From positions 431-64,430 of the forward strand of contig CAITMK010000004.1 of the NCBI GenBank assembly GCA_903893485.1: a DNA stretch of 64,000 nt, in the 5' to 3' direction. Positions 28,328 to 38,345 of the stretch are shown here, in pieces. The DNA comes from Candidatus Magasanikiibacteriota bacterium. Lineage in GTDB: Bacteria; Patescibacteriota; Patescibacteriia; Magasanikbacterales; 2-02-FULL-50-9b. Position 1 is the stretch's first letter. The number at the start of each line of letters is the position of its first letter. The notes under the pieces are model-generated. The model saw nothing but the letters and a program-made list of their open reading frames with translations. It had not been told where the DNA came from and made no database searches. A program made the position numbers and the translations under genes.

Positions 28328-29854
28328 TTACACAAAACCTGGGAAAAAATCAGTCTTTATTTTATTTTTATGCACGCCCATTTTTACCAAAATAGTTTCA
28401 AACGCCGTGACCATTCCATGAGGCCCTGAAATGTAAAAAACTCTTTGTTTAAAATCAGGAATTTTTGCCGCGATCATTTCCGCCGTAATCGGCCCAACCT
28501 GCCCTTTCCAATCAGCGGGCACGCTTGCGGTATCAGTAATCGTATAAATAGCTTTCATTCCAAAAACTTTTACGGCCGTATCAAAAATGTCTGCATATGC
28601 AATTTCTGAGACATTTTTATTACTATACAGCAACGTAATGTCTCGTGGATCATCTGAATCGATTAAATATTTGACCATACTACGAAATGGCGTAATACCA
28701 ATTCCACCCGCAATAAATACGCTCTTTTCTTTTTTATCTTTTGGCAGTGTAAAATCACCTGCTAACTGACCGCTTAATATTTGTTCACCTGGCTGCATCG
28801 CCAACATGGTTTGTTTATAACTACTTGCGGGCTCATAAAACTTTACGCCCATAATAATTTCAGATTCTGTTGGCGAAGATGCAATCGTAAAATACCGTCG
28901 ATTGCCTCGATTATCTGGATGATCATGACCCACGGTCCATTCCAGATATTGGCCCGCGCGAAAAGATAATTTAGTATCAGGTGTAAAAATAAAATTATAC
29001 ATGTTCGGACCAATCAAAACTTTTTCTTTAAACGTGAGCAGCAATTTCTTTTTGGGACTTACCGCATACGAAAAAATATTTCCTGCAAGTAACGCTAATT
29101 CTGGTGTAAAGAAAAAGGAGCCCACATGTGCCTGCGGTACAAAAAGTGCACCTACCAATGCGCCGTATGCAATTTGCAATCCACGCGTTGGCGGCGTGGT
29201 GAGCGGCTCGCTGAGCATGACAAATGCAAAGAAAAAAAGTGGCGAACTAAGTAAAAACTTTTGCGTCGCCGGGCCAACGGGAAACCCCGCAAGAAAGTCG
29301 AGAGCAATAAATGTACCGAGTGCCACAATAAAAAAACTAAGCATGAGATCCCACCGTCTCATTTTTCTGATAAGCAAAAAACCACCAATTACAACAAATG
29401 GAAGCAGCGCGGCCGTGCCGACCCACCAGCTTGCAGACTGATTTATCACCAGTGCGGTAACAGCCACCGAAAATGCCACGGGGTTAAAAATATGCTTACG
29501 ATAAATTGCCAAAATATATTTTGATGCCTGCGACAAAACTGCAGCCCAAATAATAAATCCAAAATAAGCGACATCTGGCGTTTTAATCGGTGAAATAATA
29601 AGCGCCAAAATCAATGCCGTTATGTAAACCGATTCAACATTTGTTGGCACCTTAAAAATCCATGATGAAATCGTGTTTGCAAGCCAACACAAAAGTGTAA
29701 TCAGTATGGTTGAATACAAAAGGCTAATCGGCCCAAATGGCATGAGGCCAAACACACTTAAAATAAAAGCGGCGATTAACAACCCAATTACGTAATACAA
29801 AACCAACCGATACATGGTGATCTTATTCAAAAAATTATCGATGGAGGTAAACAT
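28328..29854 (-). CDS. Polytopic membrane protein fused to a C-terminal FAD/NAD(P)-binding ferredoxin-reductase-like domain.
   Basis: About 9 N-terminal TM helices, then RRYFTIASSP (RxYS FAD motif) and GGIGITP (NAD site). Confidence 0.65.
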   Translation of the reverse strand: MFTSIDNFLNKITMYRLVLYYVIGLLIAAFILSVFGLMPFGPISLLYSTILITLLCWLANTISSWIFKVPTNVESVYITALILALIISPIKTPDVAYFGFIIWAAVLSQASKYILAIYRKHIFNPVAFSVAVTALVINQSASWWVGTAALLPFVVIGGFLLIRKMRRWDLMLSFFIVALGTFIALDFLAGFPVGPATQKFLLSSPLFFFAFVMLSEPLTTPPTRGLQIAYGALVGALFVPQAHVGSFFFTPELALLAGNIFSYAVSPKKKLLLTFKEKVLIGPNMYNFIFTPDTKLSFRAGQYLEWTVGHDHPDNRGNRRYFTIASSPTESEIIMGVKFYEPASSYKQTMLAMQPGEQILSGQLAGDFTLPKDKKEKSVFIAGGIGITPFRSMVKYLIDSDDPRDITLLYSNKNVSEIAYADIFDTAVKVFGMKAIYTITDTASVPADWKGQVGPITAEMIAAKIPDFKQRVFYISGPHGMVTAFETILVKMGVHKNKIKTDFFPGFV

Positions 29855-29855
29855 A

Positions 29856-30596
29856 TTAGGTAATCACGTATTTTTGAAAATGAGATGTCTGCGTTGCAAT
29901 TCCTTTTGCATCAATACTATAGCCTTCAAGCCCGGGCATTGCTTCGATAAAATTTATTCCTGCGCGGCCCATGGCAAAAGCGGCTGTTGCAAAACGATCA
30001 GCTTCGTATACATTTGGTCCAACAACCGTAAGACTCACGATATCGGTAATTGGCTGCTCTGGACTCTTGGGGTTGTAAATATGAGACCCGCGTTCATACG
30101 TACCAGACGTTGCGACACCTTCGGTGGTAATTCGCAAAATCTTAATCACTTCTTCTTTTTTAAACGGATTACGAATGCCCACGCGCCACTCGTGCAATTC
30201 ATCGGGCACTCTTGCTTGAATATCGCCGCCCGCATCGATGAAAAAATAATCATGGCCAGCTTGTTTCAAGATGTCACTTGCCTTCCAAATTGCCCACCCT
30301 TTTACCACGCCAGATGGATCACAAAAACCATTTGGCGCGCACATATCAAAATAACCATTACTTTCTTTTTTTGTTTGCGCGGCACATTTAAAAATCTCTT
30401 GCATGTCCGCACTATAGGCATCCGGCGCAATTTCACCCCGATTAATTTTACTTATTTCGCTATCCGATTTATACGTGCTAAATTTTTCATCGATGTAAGT
30501 GAGGTATGCAAAAACGGATTCGCAGCCCCCCTTTTCATCGCCGCCGCGAATATCAACAGTTACATGCATTCCCATGAGATCTTTGGTTTGTTGCAT
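29856..30596 (-). CDS. apbE: FAD:protein FMN transferase (ApbE family).
   Basis: LMGMHVTVDI and DPSGVVKGWA ApbE motifs. Abuts the FMN-binding gene. Confidence 0.75.
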   Translation of the reverse strand: MQQTKDLMGMHVTVDIRGGDEKGGCESVFAYLTYIDEKFSTYKSDSEISKINRGEIAPDAYSADMQEIFKCAAQTKKESNGYFDMCAPNGFCDPSGVVKGWAIWKASDILKQAGHDYFFIDAGGDIQARVPDELHEWRVGIRNPFKKEEVIKILRITTEGVATSGTYERGSHIYNPKSPEQPITDIVSLTVVGPNVYEADRFATAAFAMGRAGINFIEAMPGLEGYSIDAKGIATQTSHFQKYVIT

Positions 30597-30599
30597 AGA

Positions 30600-31253
30600 T
30601 TAGCTCTTTGCCTGCGACAACGCAGCACCGAGCGACTGCTGAAACGCCTGACTCGTATCAGTTGCACCTGACACAATATCGACGTTTGCATTCTGCGCTG
30701 AAATAGCTTCTGAGATCAAATACGGCATTGCATAATTATTGATACTAATCGAATGGTTGCGATCATTTGGATATTGCAAAAAAGCAACGTTCGAAATTTT
30801 CCCCCCAGATATGGTGACGCGAACTTGGACAATGCCATAATACGCATCCGCCTGACTACCCGTATATTGCCCGTCTGTGTACATCCCCTTTGGTTTTGGT
30901 GGCACAATAGGTGCTGGTGGAGGAGGTGGCGCTTTAGCAGGTACCACCGGCTTTGGTGGAGCCGCTACCACGGGTGTTTTAACAACCTTTGGGACTGGTG
31001 CTGAAATTGGTGTTGGGACTACCGGTACTGGAATTGGCGTTGGCGCTGGCGCCGGTTGTGGCGCTTGTACTGGAGCTGGTATTGGGGTCGGCGTTGGTGC
31101 TAGCACTGGCGTTGGCTGCGGCGCAGTGGCAACTACAACAGGAGCGGCCGAATGAACGATTGATACACTAAGATCTTGGCTTAATCCGCCTTGATACGCA
31201 GCATATGCGGCGAAACTTAAAATTATTACGGATGCGTAAATGAATTTCTTCAT
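30600..31253 (-). CDS. Secreted FMN-binding domain protein with a long Pro/Thr/Val-rich linker.
   Basis: Signal peptide, about 80-aa PT-rich linker, C-terminal FMN_bind domain with flavinylation motif VDIVSGATDTS. Confidence 0.7.
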   Translation of the reverse strand: MKKFIYASVIILSFAAYAAYQGGLSQDLSVSIVHSAAPVVVATAPQPTPVLAPTPTPIPAPVQAPQPAPAPTPIPVPVVPTPISAPVPKVVKTPVVAAPPKPVVPAKAPPPPPAPIVPPKPKGMYTDGQYTGSQADAYYGIVQVRVTISGGKISNVAFLQYPNDRNHSISINNYAMPYLISEAISAQNANVDIVSGATDTSQAFQQSLGAALSQAKS

Positions 31254-31258
31254 ATTTA

Positions 31259-31636
31259 TTAATCATCAAGATCGCCAACTTGGCGTTTCGGAGCCCGAAT
31301 TTTCGTGTTTTTATGTGTAACACCTTTAGGTATACTACGTATTTTTTTTACAATAGGTGCATTTTTTTTAACTACATTTTCATTCTTTTTGATCAAAACA
31401 GGCTGATTTACCGCACCTGTCGCGACAAATGCAATGGGGGCATCTGAAATACCAACTGCCATGGTCCGCACCGGTTTTTGTGAAAAAATATAAGGTCGCA
31501 ACAAAATAAGTACGGCCAAATCTAGGCAGACCAGCAATACTTTTCCAATCTGTGCGGGCGAATACAAATTATTTCGTTTCATATTTCTATTATGCCCGAT
31601 AATCATCATTTTGCAAAATTTTGCATCATTACTCAA
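31259..31636 (-). CDS. Hypothetical basic membrane-anchored protein.
   Basis: 125 aa with one TM helix. Overlaps the upstream MFS gene by 8 nt. Confidence 0.35.
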   Translation of the reverse strand: MSNDAKFCKMMIIGHNRNMKRNNLYSPAQIGKVLLVCLDLAVLILLRPYIFSQKPVRTMAVGISDAPIAFVATGAVNQPVLIKKNENVVKKNAPIVKKIRSIPKGVTHKNTKIRAPKRQVGDLDD

Positions 31637-33149
31637 CGTGCACCTTCACCCCAACTTTTTCTCGATCAACACGAATCCAAAAAGCGCCGATCGCTCCAAC
31701 CAAAACCACGAGTGAGGCGATGAAAAAAACCGTGTCGTAAGCAGAAACCTGCGCTTTTAAAATAATTAATTGCACAAACGTTGCATAATCTGCTGGATGC
31801 GTGCTGTGTAAAACACTATTTTGCCCAATCGCGATAATATTATTTTCTGTGGTGCTATTTAAAATAGTGCCGAAAATTGCAATACCAAATGCACCCGCCA
31901 AATTACGTGCCAGCGCAAGTACCGATGATGCAATACCAATTTCATGCGCATCAACAATTGACGCAATAATATTGGTGCGCTGCGCCATACCAAAACCCAT
32001 GCCAAATGCCATAATGGTTAGTGGTATAGTAATATCAGATGCAGTTGAACCGGGATCAATAAAAACCGAAAACAAATAAATACCAAACGCACAGACAATC
32101 GTACTTGCCGCAATCACATATTGTGGTTTTACTTTGCCCACAAGCGCACCACCGAGTGGCGCCGCAAACATCATCCCTGCTGCCATGGGAATAAATAATA
32201 TGCCACTTTGTGTTGCGTTATATCCCAAAAAAGTTTGTGCAAAAATTGGAATTAAAAACACACTGCCCATGAGTCCCATGAACACGATAAAATTATTTGC
32301 AAGCGTGTTTACAAATGCAGGAATTTTGAAAAACTTTAAATCAACAATCGGCTCTTTTGCCCGTTGCTCAACCTGAATAAAAATCCAAGTAAACAAAATG
32401 GTGATTGCGTAACAGATTATTGAATTCACCGAAATCCAATTCCACTCCATGCCTTTATCAAGCACCAATACCAAAGTACTGAGCGCAATACCCAAGGTAA
32501 CAGAACCCCACCAATCAAAATGATACACTTTATTTTCTTTCACCGATTCTTTTACAAAAGTCATTGCCATGAGCAACCCAATAATACCGATTGGTAAATT
32601 AATTAAAAACACACTGCGCCAACCAAAATTATCAATCAGCGGACCACCGATGAGCGGACCAAAAACCGCGGCAGCTGCAAATGATGCGGACCAAATACCG
32701 AGCGCTTGCGAACGTTCTTTTTCTTCACGAAATGTCATGGCCAAAATTGCCATTGCCGTTGGATAATCGGCGCTGCCCGCAATCGCTTGAATCACACGAA
32801 ATACAATCATGGAACTCAAATTCCACGCAAGACCCGCCAAGATAGAGCCCACAATAAAAATTGAAAAACCTAAAATATAGACTTTTTTCTGCCCCCACAT
32901 GTCGCCGAGCTTGCCCCAAATTGGTACAAAAATTGCATTCGCTAAAATGTATGCCGTTGCGATCCACCCTGCTGCCGAAACTGAAATGCCAAAATTATCA
33001 ATAATTTTTGGCAATGCCAAATTAACAATTGTCTGATCAAGACGCCCTAAAAAAGTACCGATGATGACGGTAAGTAAAATCCACCAACGCAAATTCGATG
33101 GCGCAGATTTTTTTTCTTCTACGGGTTGCACTGCGGCGATCATTTCCAT
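31629..33149 (-). CDS. MFS transporter, DHA2 (EmrB/QacA) 14-TM drug:H+ antiporter family.
   Basis: 506 aa, 14 TM helices, MFS motif A, LPKIIDNFGIS start typical of EmrB. Confidence 0.8.
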   Translation of the reverse strand: MEMIAAVQPVEEKKSAPSNLRWWILLTVIIGTFLGRLDQTIVNLALPKIIDNFGISVSAAGWIATAYILANAIFVPIWGKLGDMWGQKKVYILGFSIFIVGSILAGLAWNLSSMIVFRVIQAIAGSADYPTAMAILAMTFREEKERSQALGIWSASFAAAAVFGPLIGGPLIDNFGWRSVFLINLPIGIIGLLMAMTFVKESVKENKVYHFDWWGSVTLGIALSTLVLVLDKGMEWNWISVNSIICYAITILFTWIFIQVEQRAKEPIVDLKFFKIPAFVNTLANNFIVFMGLMGSVFLIPIFAQTFLGYNATQSGILFIPMAAGMMFAAPLGGALVGKVKPQYVIAASTIVCAFGIYLFSVFIDPGSTASDITIPLTIMAFGMGFGMAQRTNIIASIVDAHEIGIASSVLALARNLAGAFGIAIFGTILNSTTENNIIAIGQNSVLHSTHPADYATFVQLIILKAQVSAYDTVFFIASLVVLVGAIGAFWIRVDREKVGVKVHVE

Positions 33150-33158
33150 ATCGCCAAA

Positions 33159-33791
33159 TTATTTGGTGAAGATGGTCATTTTCGCTGACATGCCATTCTT
33201 TACATTCGGATTTTGCGCCAGATCAAACCGAACTTTAATACTGAATTGCTGGGTTGCTCGTTTATCAGAAATATTAAATGTAAGTCCTGATGCGTTTGCG
33301 ACCGGACTAATTTCGTCAACTAAACCGTGATATTGTGCGCCACCAAATGCGTCGATAGTAAAGGTTACCTGCTGCCCTACTTGAATTCGATCAAGCCCTT
33401 TATTTTCGTCGATCGTTCCTACAATACGAAGTTGCGTCGGATCAATCATCGCAACGACTTGCTCACCTGGATTAATATTTTTGCCAATATTATTTTGCAC
33501 CGCGGTGATTATTCCTTTTACTTTTGTTTTAATAAGACTTGTCCCAACTTGCGCAACAACCGTATTCGCATCAACAGAATCACCTTCTGAAACAAAGGTT
33601 TGTTGCAATGCGCCAGGCGTGGTCGACGACAAACTAATCGTTGGTGCGCTTACCAATGAAGCGTCAATACTCACCTCATTTTGCGACATTTCAAAGTACA
33701 AAAATCCAACCGCGCAGACTAAAACCGCGACAACAATTCCCCCGCTTTGCACCCATTTATTTTGAAGTATGTGTTTTTTATCTAATGACAT
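33159..33791 (-). CDS. HlyD-family periplasmic adaptor (EmrA-like).
   Basis: N-terminal TM anchor followed by biotin-lipoyl-like and beta-barrel segments. Confidence 0.6.
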   Translation of the reverse strand: MSLDKKHILQNKWVQSGGIVVAVLVCAVGFLYFEMSQNEVSIDASLVSAPTISLSSTTPGALQQTFVSEGDSVDANTVVAQVGTSLIKTKVKGIITAVQNNIGKNINPGEQVVAMIDPTQLRIVGTIDENKGLDRIQVGQQVTFTIDAFGGAQYHGLVDEISPVANASGLTFNISDKRATQQFSIKVRFDLAQNPNVKNGMSAKMTIFTK

Positions 33792-33797
33792 ATTTTT

Positions 33798-35342
33798 TTA
33801 TTTACCAAAATAAGCAACTTGATCGCCCTCTGAAACTCCTGAGATAATTTCAACAGAACCAGCAACACTGGTGATTCCGACAGTAACTTTCTGATCCGCA
33901 AACGACCCATCTAAATTACGCTTTAGAACAAACACGTCCGCATCTTTTTTAATTAGTGCCGTTGCGGGTACGGTGAGTACGTTTGTCTTTGTTTGATTGG
34001 TGATAGTTACATTTGCACCCATACCATCTTTAATACGCGCATCCTCGTTCGTAAACCGCAACGTCACTTTGTATGCTGAAGCGCCATTCACTACACTTGC
34101 GCCCGGATCAATGGCAACCACGCTCGCAGGAAATAATTCGCCATTGCCATAGGCATCAAGCGTTACGGATGCCACATCACCAACCGCAACTTTTGCCAAA
34201 TCATTTTCAGAAATAAATAATTGAACTTGATAGTTGCCTGATGAAATGACCGAGATTTGTGGTGCTCCTGGTGAAACGGTTTGTCCAATTTTTGCAACAA
34301 CCGAAGAAACAACACCGTCGATCGGCGAGATGATTGCGGTTTTAGAATACAAACTTTGTGCAAGCGCCAATTGTGCGTGAGCACTCGCAAGGCCTGCGTT
34401 TGCTGCCGCAACGTCTTCGGGGCGCGCCGCTGAAACCTGTAGCGAAAGAGCGGCTTCGGCTTGTGCCAAAGCGCTTTGCGCACTGTTTACCTGGCCTTCG
34501 GCAACTGAAATTTGTGTGTCGCGTGTTTTCAATGCAGATGAATAACTATTTTGATTTGAAATAAATGCTGGCGCATTTGTATTTGGAATCGTTACCGTCC
34601 ACGCGTCCGATGCAGCAGGCACCGCCGCAAACTGAATTGAAAGTCCGGTATCACCGAGTGGTACTGGCGAATTACGAACAGCGCCAAAAAAAACTTTTGG
34701 ACCTGACGCCTGGAATTGCGCACCGGATCCTGTTTCATTAATACTAATTGCGTACGTCGCAGCATCAGTTCCTTCGTATGCGCCGGTAAAAATTGGTTGA
34801 ACCGCGTCAGCGTTTGTCACCGCAGGCACACCCGTAATTGCAGAATTAAACAATGCGGTTTGCGCATTTTGCACCGCGGTATTTTGCGCGGCGCGCACCG
34901 CATCTAAATTAATTTTTGCGTTATCAAGTGCGGTTTGCGCGCTTGCAACAGCTGCTTTTGAAACGTCAATTTGAGCGCCTGTGGCGCCAGATAAAACTTT
35001 TTCATAATTCGCTTGTGCAATCGCGACGCTCGCATTTGCCTGAGCAATTGCCGCTGCCGCATCCAATGCATTGAGCGATGCAAGGAGTTCGCCATGATGC
35101 ACCACTTGACCCACCTGTACCGGTACTGCTGCAACCGTACCATTCGCCTGAAACGAAAGACTGATATTTTGCGCCGCAGTAACCATGCCGCTTGCTGTAA
35201 CTCCTTCTGTGATAGAAGTTCGCGAAACGGACGCGGTGGTATATGCAGGGCGCTGCGCCAACGAATGGCTCACGGCAAAAGTAATCCCTGCAATTACGAC
35301 GATTGACGCGCTAATAAAAATTTGATGTTTGGTTAATGTCAT
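33798..35342 (-). CDS. HlyD-family membrane fusion protein with an extended coiled-coil.
   Basis: 514 aa. TM anchor, Ala/Gln-rich coiled coil, C-terminal beta domain. Confidence 0.6.
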   Translation of the reverse strand: MTLTKHQIFISASIVVIAGITFAVSHSLAQRPAYTTASVSRTSITEGVTASGMVTAAQNISLSFQANGTVAAVPVQVGQVVHHGELLASLNALDAAAAIAQANASVAIAQANYEKVLSGATGAQIDVSKAAVASAQTALDNAKINLDAVRAAQNTAVQNAQTALFNSAITGVPAVTNADAVQPIFTGAYEGTDAATYAISINETGSGAQFQASGPKVFFGAVRNSPVPLGDTGLSIQFAAVPAASDAWTVTIPNTNAPAFISNQNSYSSALKTRDTQISVAEGQVNSAQSALAQAEAALSLQVSAARPEDVAAANAGLASAHAQLALAQSLYSKTAIISPIDGVVSSVVAKIGQTVSPGAPQISVISSGNYQVQLFISENDLAKVAVGDVASVTLDAYGNGELFPASVVAIDPGASVVNGASAYKVTLRFTNEDARIKDGMGANVTITNQTKTNVLTVPATALIKKDADVFVLKRNLDGSFADQKVTVGITSVAGSVEIISGVSEGDQVAYFGK

Positions 35343-35343
35343 A

Positions 35344-35769
35344 TTAATTAATGTGAATCATTTTTTCGAGCAGCTGAAATAGTGTCTCGCGATCTTTTTG
35401 ATTTAAATTATCAAGTAATGCCTCAAGCTTAATACGTCGTGTTAACAAAGCCTTACGAAGAATATCCTTCCCTTTTTTGGTAAGTTGCACCACCACCGAG
35501 CGACGACTGGCAGAATCTTGATCACGCAAAACCAAATCAAGTCGCACTAATCGATCGATCAATACCGTTGCCGAAGGAGCGGCAATCGACAAAAAAGAAC
35601 CCACTTCCTTCATGGTTACTTTTTTTTGCTCACCAATATACCGCAGCGCTTCAAGTTGTGCGATGGTAACCTCCTGCCGCAATGTTTGATCGATTTCACA
35701 TCGTTGCCGCATTTGTCTGCCAATCGCCAAAAATGAAGAGATAATATCGTCGGTTTGTTTTTTCTGCAT
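35344..35769 (-). CDS. MarR family transcriptional regulator.
   Basis: 141 aa with a winged helix. First gene of the marR-adaptor-adaptor-MFS operon. Confidence 0.8.
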   Translation of the reverse strand: MQKKQTDDIISSFLAIGRQMRQRCEIDQTLRQEVTIAQLEALRYIGEQKKVTMKEVGSFLSIAAPSATVLIDRLVRLDLVLRDQDSASRRSVVVQLTKKGKDILRKALLTRRIKLEALLDNLNQKDRETLFQLLEKMIHIN

Positions 35770-36041
35770 ACCGGATTATTAGCCTATCTAACTATTAGGT
35801 TTAAATGATATCAGAATAATGAGTGGCTGTCAATTGCAATTATGGCGCGCCACATGATACGTGTTAGACCCTATTTGACGACTTTATTTGTAGCTGCTAT
35901 GTTAGATATATGAATATCATTCTTACTTCAAGTTGGCATCATATCAACGGGCTTCATTGGCGCGCCGGTTTTTTGCTATAAGTAAGTACCCTCACTTATT
36001 TTCCAAACACCTTCTCGCCGAAGGTGTTTTTTATATCCTCT

Positions 36042-36695
36042 ATGAAAAATATCAAAATGGTTTTATTCGATATCGATAAGACACTCGTATTTGGTGAAAA
36101 TGCAATTCAATTTTATCGCCAATATTCAGAAATACTAGAAAAGACGCTCGCGAGACTCCTACAAGTAGATACCATAACAAGCAAAAAAATTGCCGATGAA
36201 CACCGCGCCGCATTTGATGGACGAGGCGAACTGGCATTTCGAACACATCATCTTGATTTTGGGCAGTGGCATGACGCGCTGACACAATTATCACCTTCGC
36301 AGTTCCTCACGCCATTACCGAACACACAAGCACTGCTACAAGAACTAAAATCAAAAAAATATATTGTCGGTGCCATCACCGATGGTCCACGACCACTCGT
36401 AGAAAAAATATTAGGCGCTACAAAAATTGATTCCACCATATTTGATTTTATTATCGGCTGGGAACGTGGCAAGCAAATGCCTAAATATGGCTCGACCAAA
36501 ATATTTACGCAGATTTGTATGGAGCGTGGCATTCCACCTCAAGAAACGGTCATGATTGGCGATTCGCTTTCATCAGATATTTTACCCGCCATTGCTGCCG
36601 GATTGCACGCGATTTATATCAATCCAAACCAAGTTGTTGAACAAAAAAAATACCGATCAATTACTAATATCACTCAATTATCATCTCTTTTATGA
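36042..36695 (+). CDS. HAD-superfamily hydrolase.
   Basis: MVLFDIDKTLV (DxD motif I), GDSLSSD motif IV. Confidence 0.75.
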   Translation: MKNIKMVLFDIDKTLVFGENAIQFYRQYSEILEKTLARLLQVDTITSKKIADEHRAAFDGRGELAFRTHHLDFGQWHDALTQLSPSQFLTPLPNTQALLQELKSKKYIVGAITDGPRPLVEKILGATKIDSTIFDFIIGWERGKQMPKYGSTKIFTQICMERGIPPQETVMIGDSLSSDILPAIAAGLHAIYINPNQVVEQKKYRSITNITQLSSLL

Positions 36696-37615
36696 AATCC
36701 TTATCAAAAATTCCACTTATTATTGATACTGATCCGGGGCACGATGATGCGCTGGCGATTATGTTACTGATAAAATCCGAGCGCTTCGATATTCAAGCGG
36801 TTACCACGGTTGCAGGAAATACGACCATCCAAAATACAACAAATAATGCACGCTATATTTTAGACCTGCTTCAAAGCAGCATACCATTGTATTCCGGCGC
36901 TGCAGCGCCACTGAGGCAGAAATTAATTTGTGCAAACGTACACGGAGAAAATGGACTTGCGGGCGCGCAGATCACCAAAAAAGAACTGCTAAATAATTTA
37001 GCGGTTACAAAAATAATTGAATTAGTGCGCACCGCACCAAGCAAGGTTTCCCTGCTCGTTATTGGGCCGCAGACAAATATTGCGCTCGCGTTTAAGCAAG
37101 ATCTGGAACTACCGAAATTGATTAAACAAATTGTGATCATGGGTGGCGCCATAGCCGTACCGGGTAATAAAAATGCGGTCGCCGAATTTAATATTTTCGT
37201 TGATCCAGAAGCAGCGGATATCGTATTTCGCGCACCAGTTAAAAAAATCGTTATCCCCCTCGATGTCTGCAATGACATATTTTTAACGCTTGCCGATTTT
37301 CGCCGCCTCAAAAAATCTAAACTCTATCGCCCCATCATGGCAATGATGAAGCATTACATTCAAGGAATTAAAATTTTTGAACGTACGAAAGGCGCCCTCA
37401 TGTATGATCCGCTTGCGGCGTATTATTTATTAAATCCTCGCGCATATGAAACCAAAAAAATGGATGTCCGTATTGAAACTACGAGTGATCTAACTCGTGG
37501 CATGTCCGTGGCTGATCGACGAAATTGGGGCGAGAAAAAATATAACGCTCACGTGGTGACAAAAATTAATCGCGATCAATTTGTTGAAGACTTTATTAAC
37601 ACGCTTAACACATAA
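36692..37615 (+). CDS. Ribonucleoside hydrolase (IU-NH family).
   Basis: IIDTDPGHDDALAI aspartate cluster motif. Confidence 0.85.
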   Translation: MKSLSKIPLIIDTDPGHDDALAIMLLIKSERFDIQAVTTVAGNTTIQNTTNNARYILDLLQSSIPLYSGAAAPLRQKLICANVHGENGLAGAQITKKELLNNLAVTKIIELVRTAPSKVSLLVIGPQTNIALAFKQDLELPKLIKQIVIMGGAIAVPGNKNAVAEFNIFVDPEAADIVFRAPVKKIVIPLDVCNDIFLTLADFRRLKKSKLYRPIMAMMKHYIQGIKIFERTKGALMYDPLAAYYLLNPRAYETKKMDVRIETTSDLTRGMSVADRRNWGEKKYNAHVVTKINRDQFVEDFINTLNT

Positions 37616-37616
37616 T

Positions 37617-38345
37617 ATGAATACCATTTTATGTATTGGCGCTACGCACGGTGATGAACCAATTGGCGTATGCGCACTTCAGATACTTGAAAAGCGAGTC
37701 GATAATTTTGATTGGATTATTGGAAATGAAAAAGCATATGAACAGAATACCCGTTGTTTTGAGGGTGATCTAAATCGAAGCGCCCCGGGCATCTTTGGCG
37801 CACCAAATTATGCATCACGTCGCGCGGCAGAAATAATTGCACTGGCACAAAATTACAAATACACTATTGATTTGCATGGCACTACCGCCGGGACAGGTAT
37901 TTTTACCATTATTAGCAGAGCCACCGATAAAAATATCACGCTCGCTATGCAACTTGGGATTAAAAATATTATCATATGGCCGGCAATCAACGCTTCGCTC
38001 AAAGGACCACTGAGTGAATACACTCCCTGCGGATTAGAAATTGAATGCGGACCAAAAGACTCACTGGAAATTCAAAATGAATTAATCGATATTTTAGAGC
38101 GCTTCATAAAACTGCAAATGCAGCCTGAAATAAATATGCCGGTGGCCAAACCGAACTGCTTTTCCTTTTATGAGGTATACAGCGAACTACGAAAGCCTGA
38201 AATCGCTCCACAGCTTTCAGAATTTTGTGAAATCACCACCGATAATGAAACTTTTTTTCCACTTCTTATCGGACGGTATCAAGATATCACCTGTTACAAA
38301 ATGAAGCGAGTAGAATATGTCTCAATAAAAATACAACGCGATTAA
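37617..38345 (+). CDS. Succinylglutamate desuccinylase/aspartoacylase (AstE/AspA) family zinc hydrolase.
   Basis: ATHGDEPIG, DLNR, IDLHGT motifs. Confidence 0.65.
   Translation: MNTILCIGATHGDEPIGVCALQILEKRVDNFDWIIGNEKAYEQNTRCFEGDLNRSAPGIFGAPNYASRRAAEIIALAQNYKYTIDLHGTTAGTGIFTIISRATDKNITLAMQLGIKNIIIWPAINASLKGPLSEYTPCGLEIECGPKDSLEIQNELIDILERFIKLQMQPEINMPVAKPNCFSFYEVYSELRKPEIAPQLSEFCEITTDNETFFPLLIGRYQDITCYKMKRVEYVSIKIQRD

Noticed and set aside
29814-30671. 285-aa plus-strand ORF.
   Set aside because: It is antisense to the well-supported apbE gene and to the 3' end of the FMN-binding gene. Its Cys/Phe-rich composition is typical of a reverse frame.
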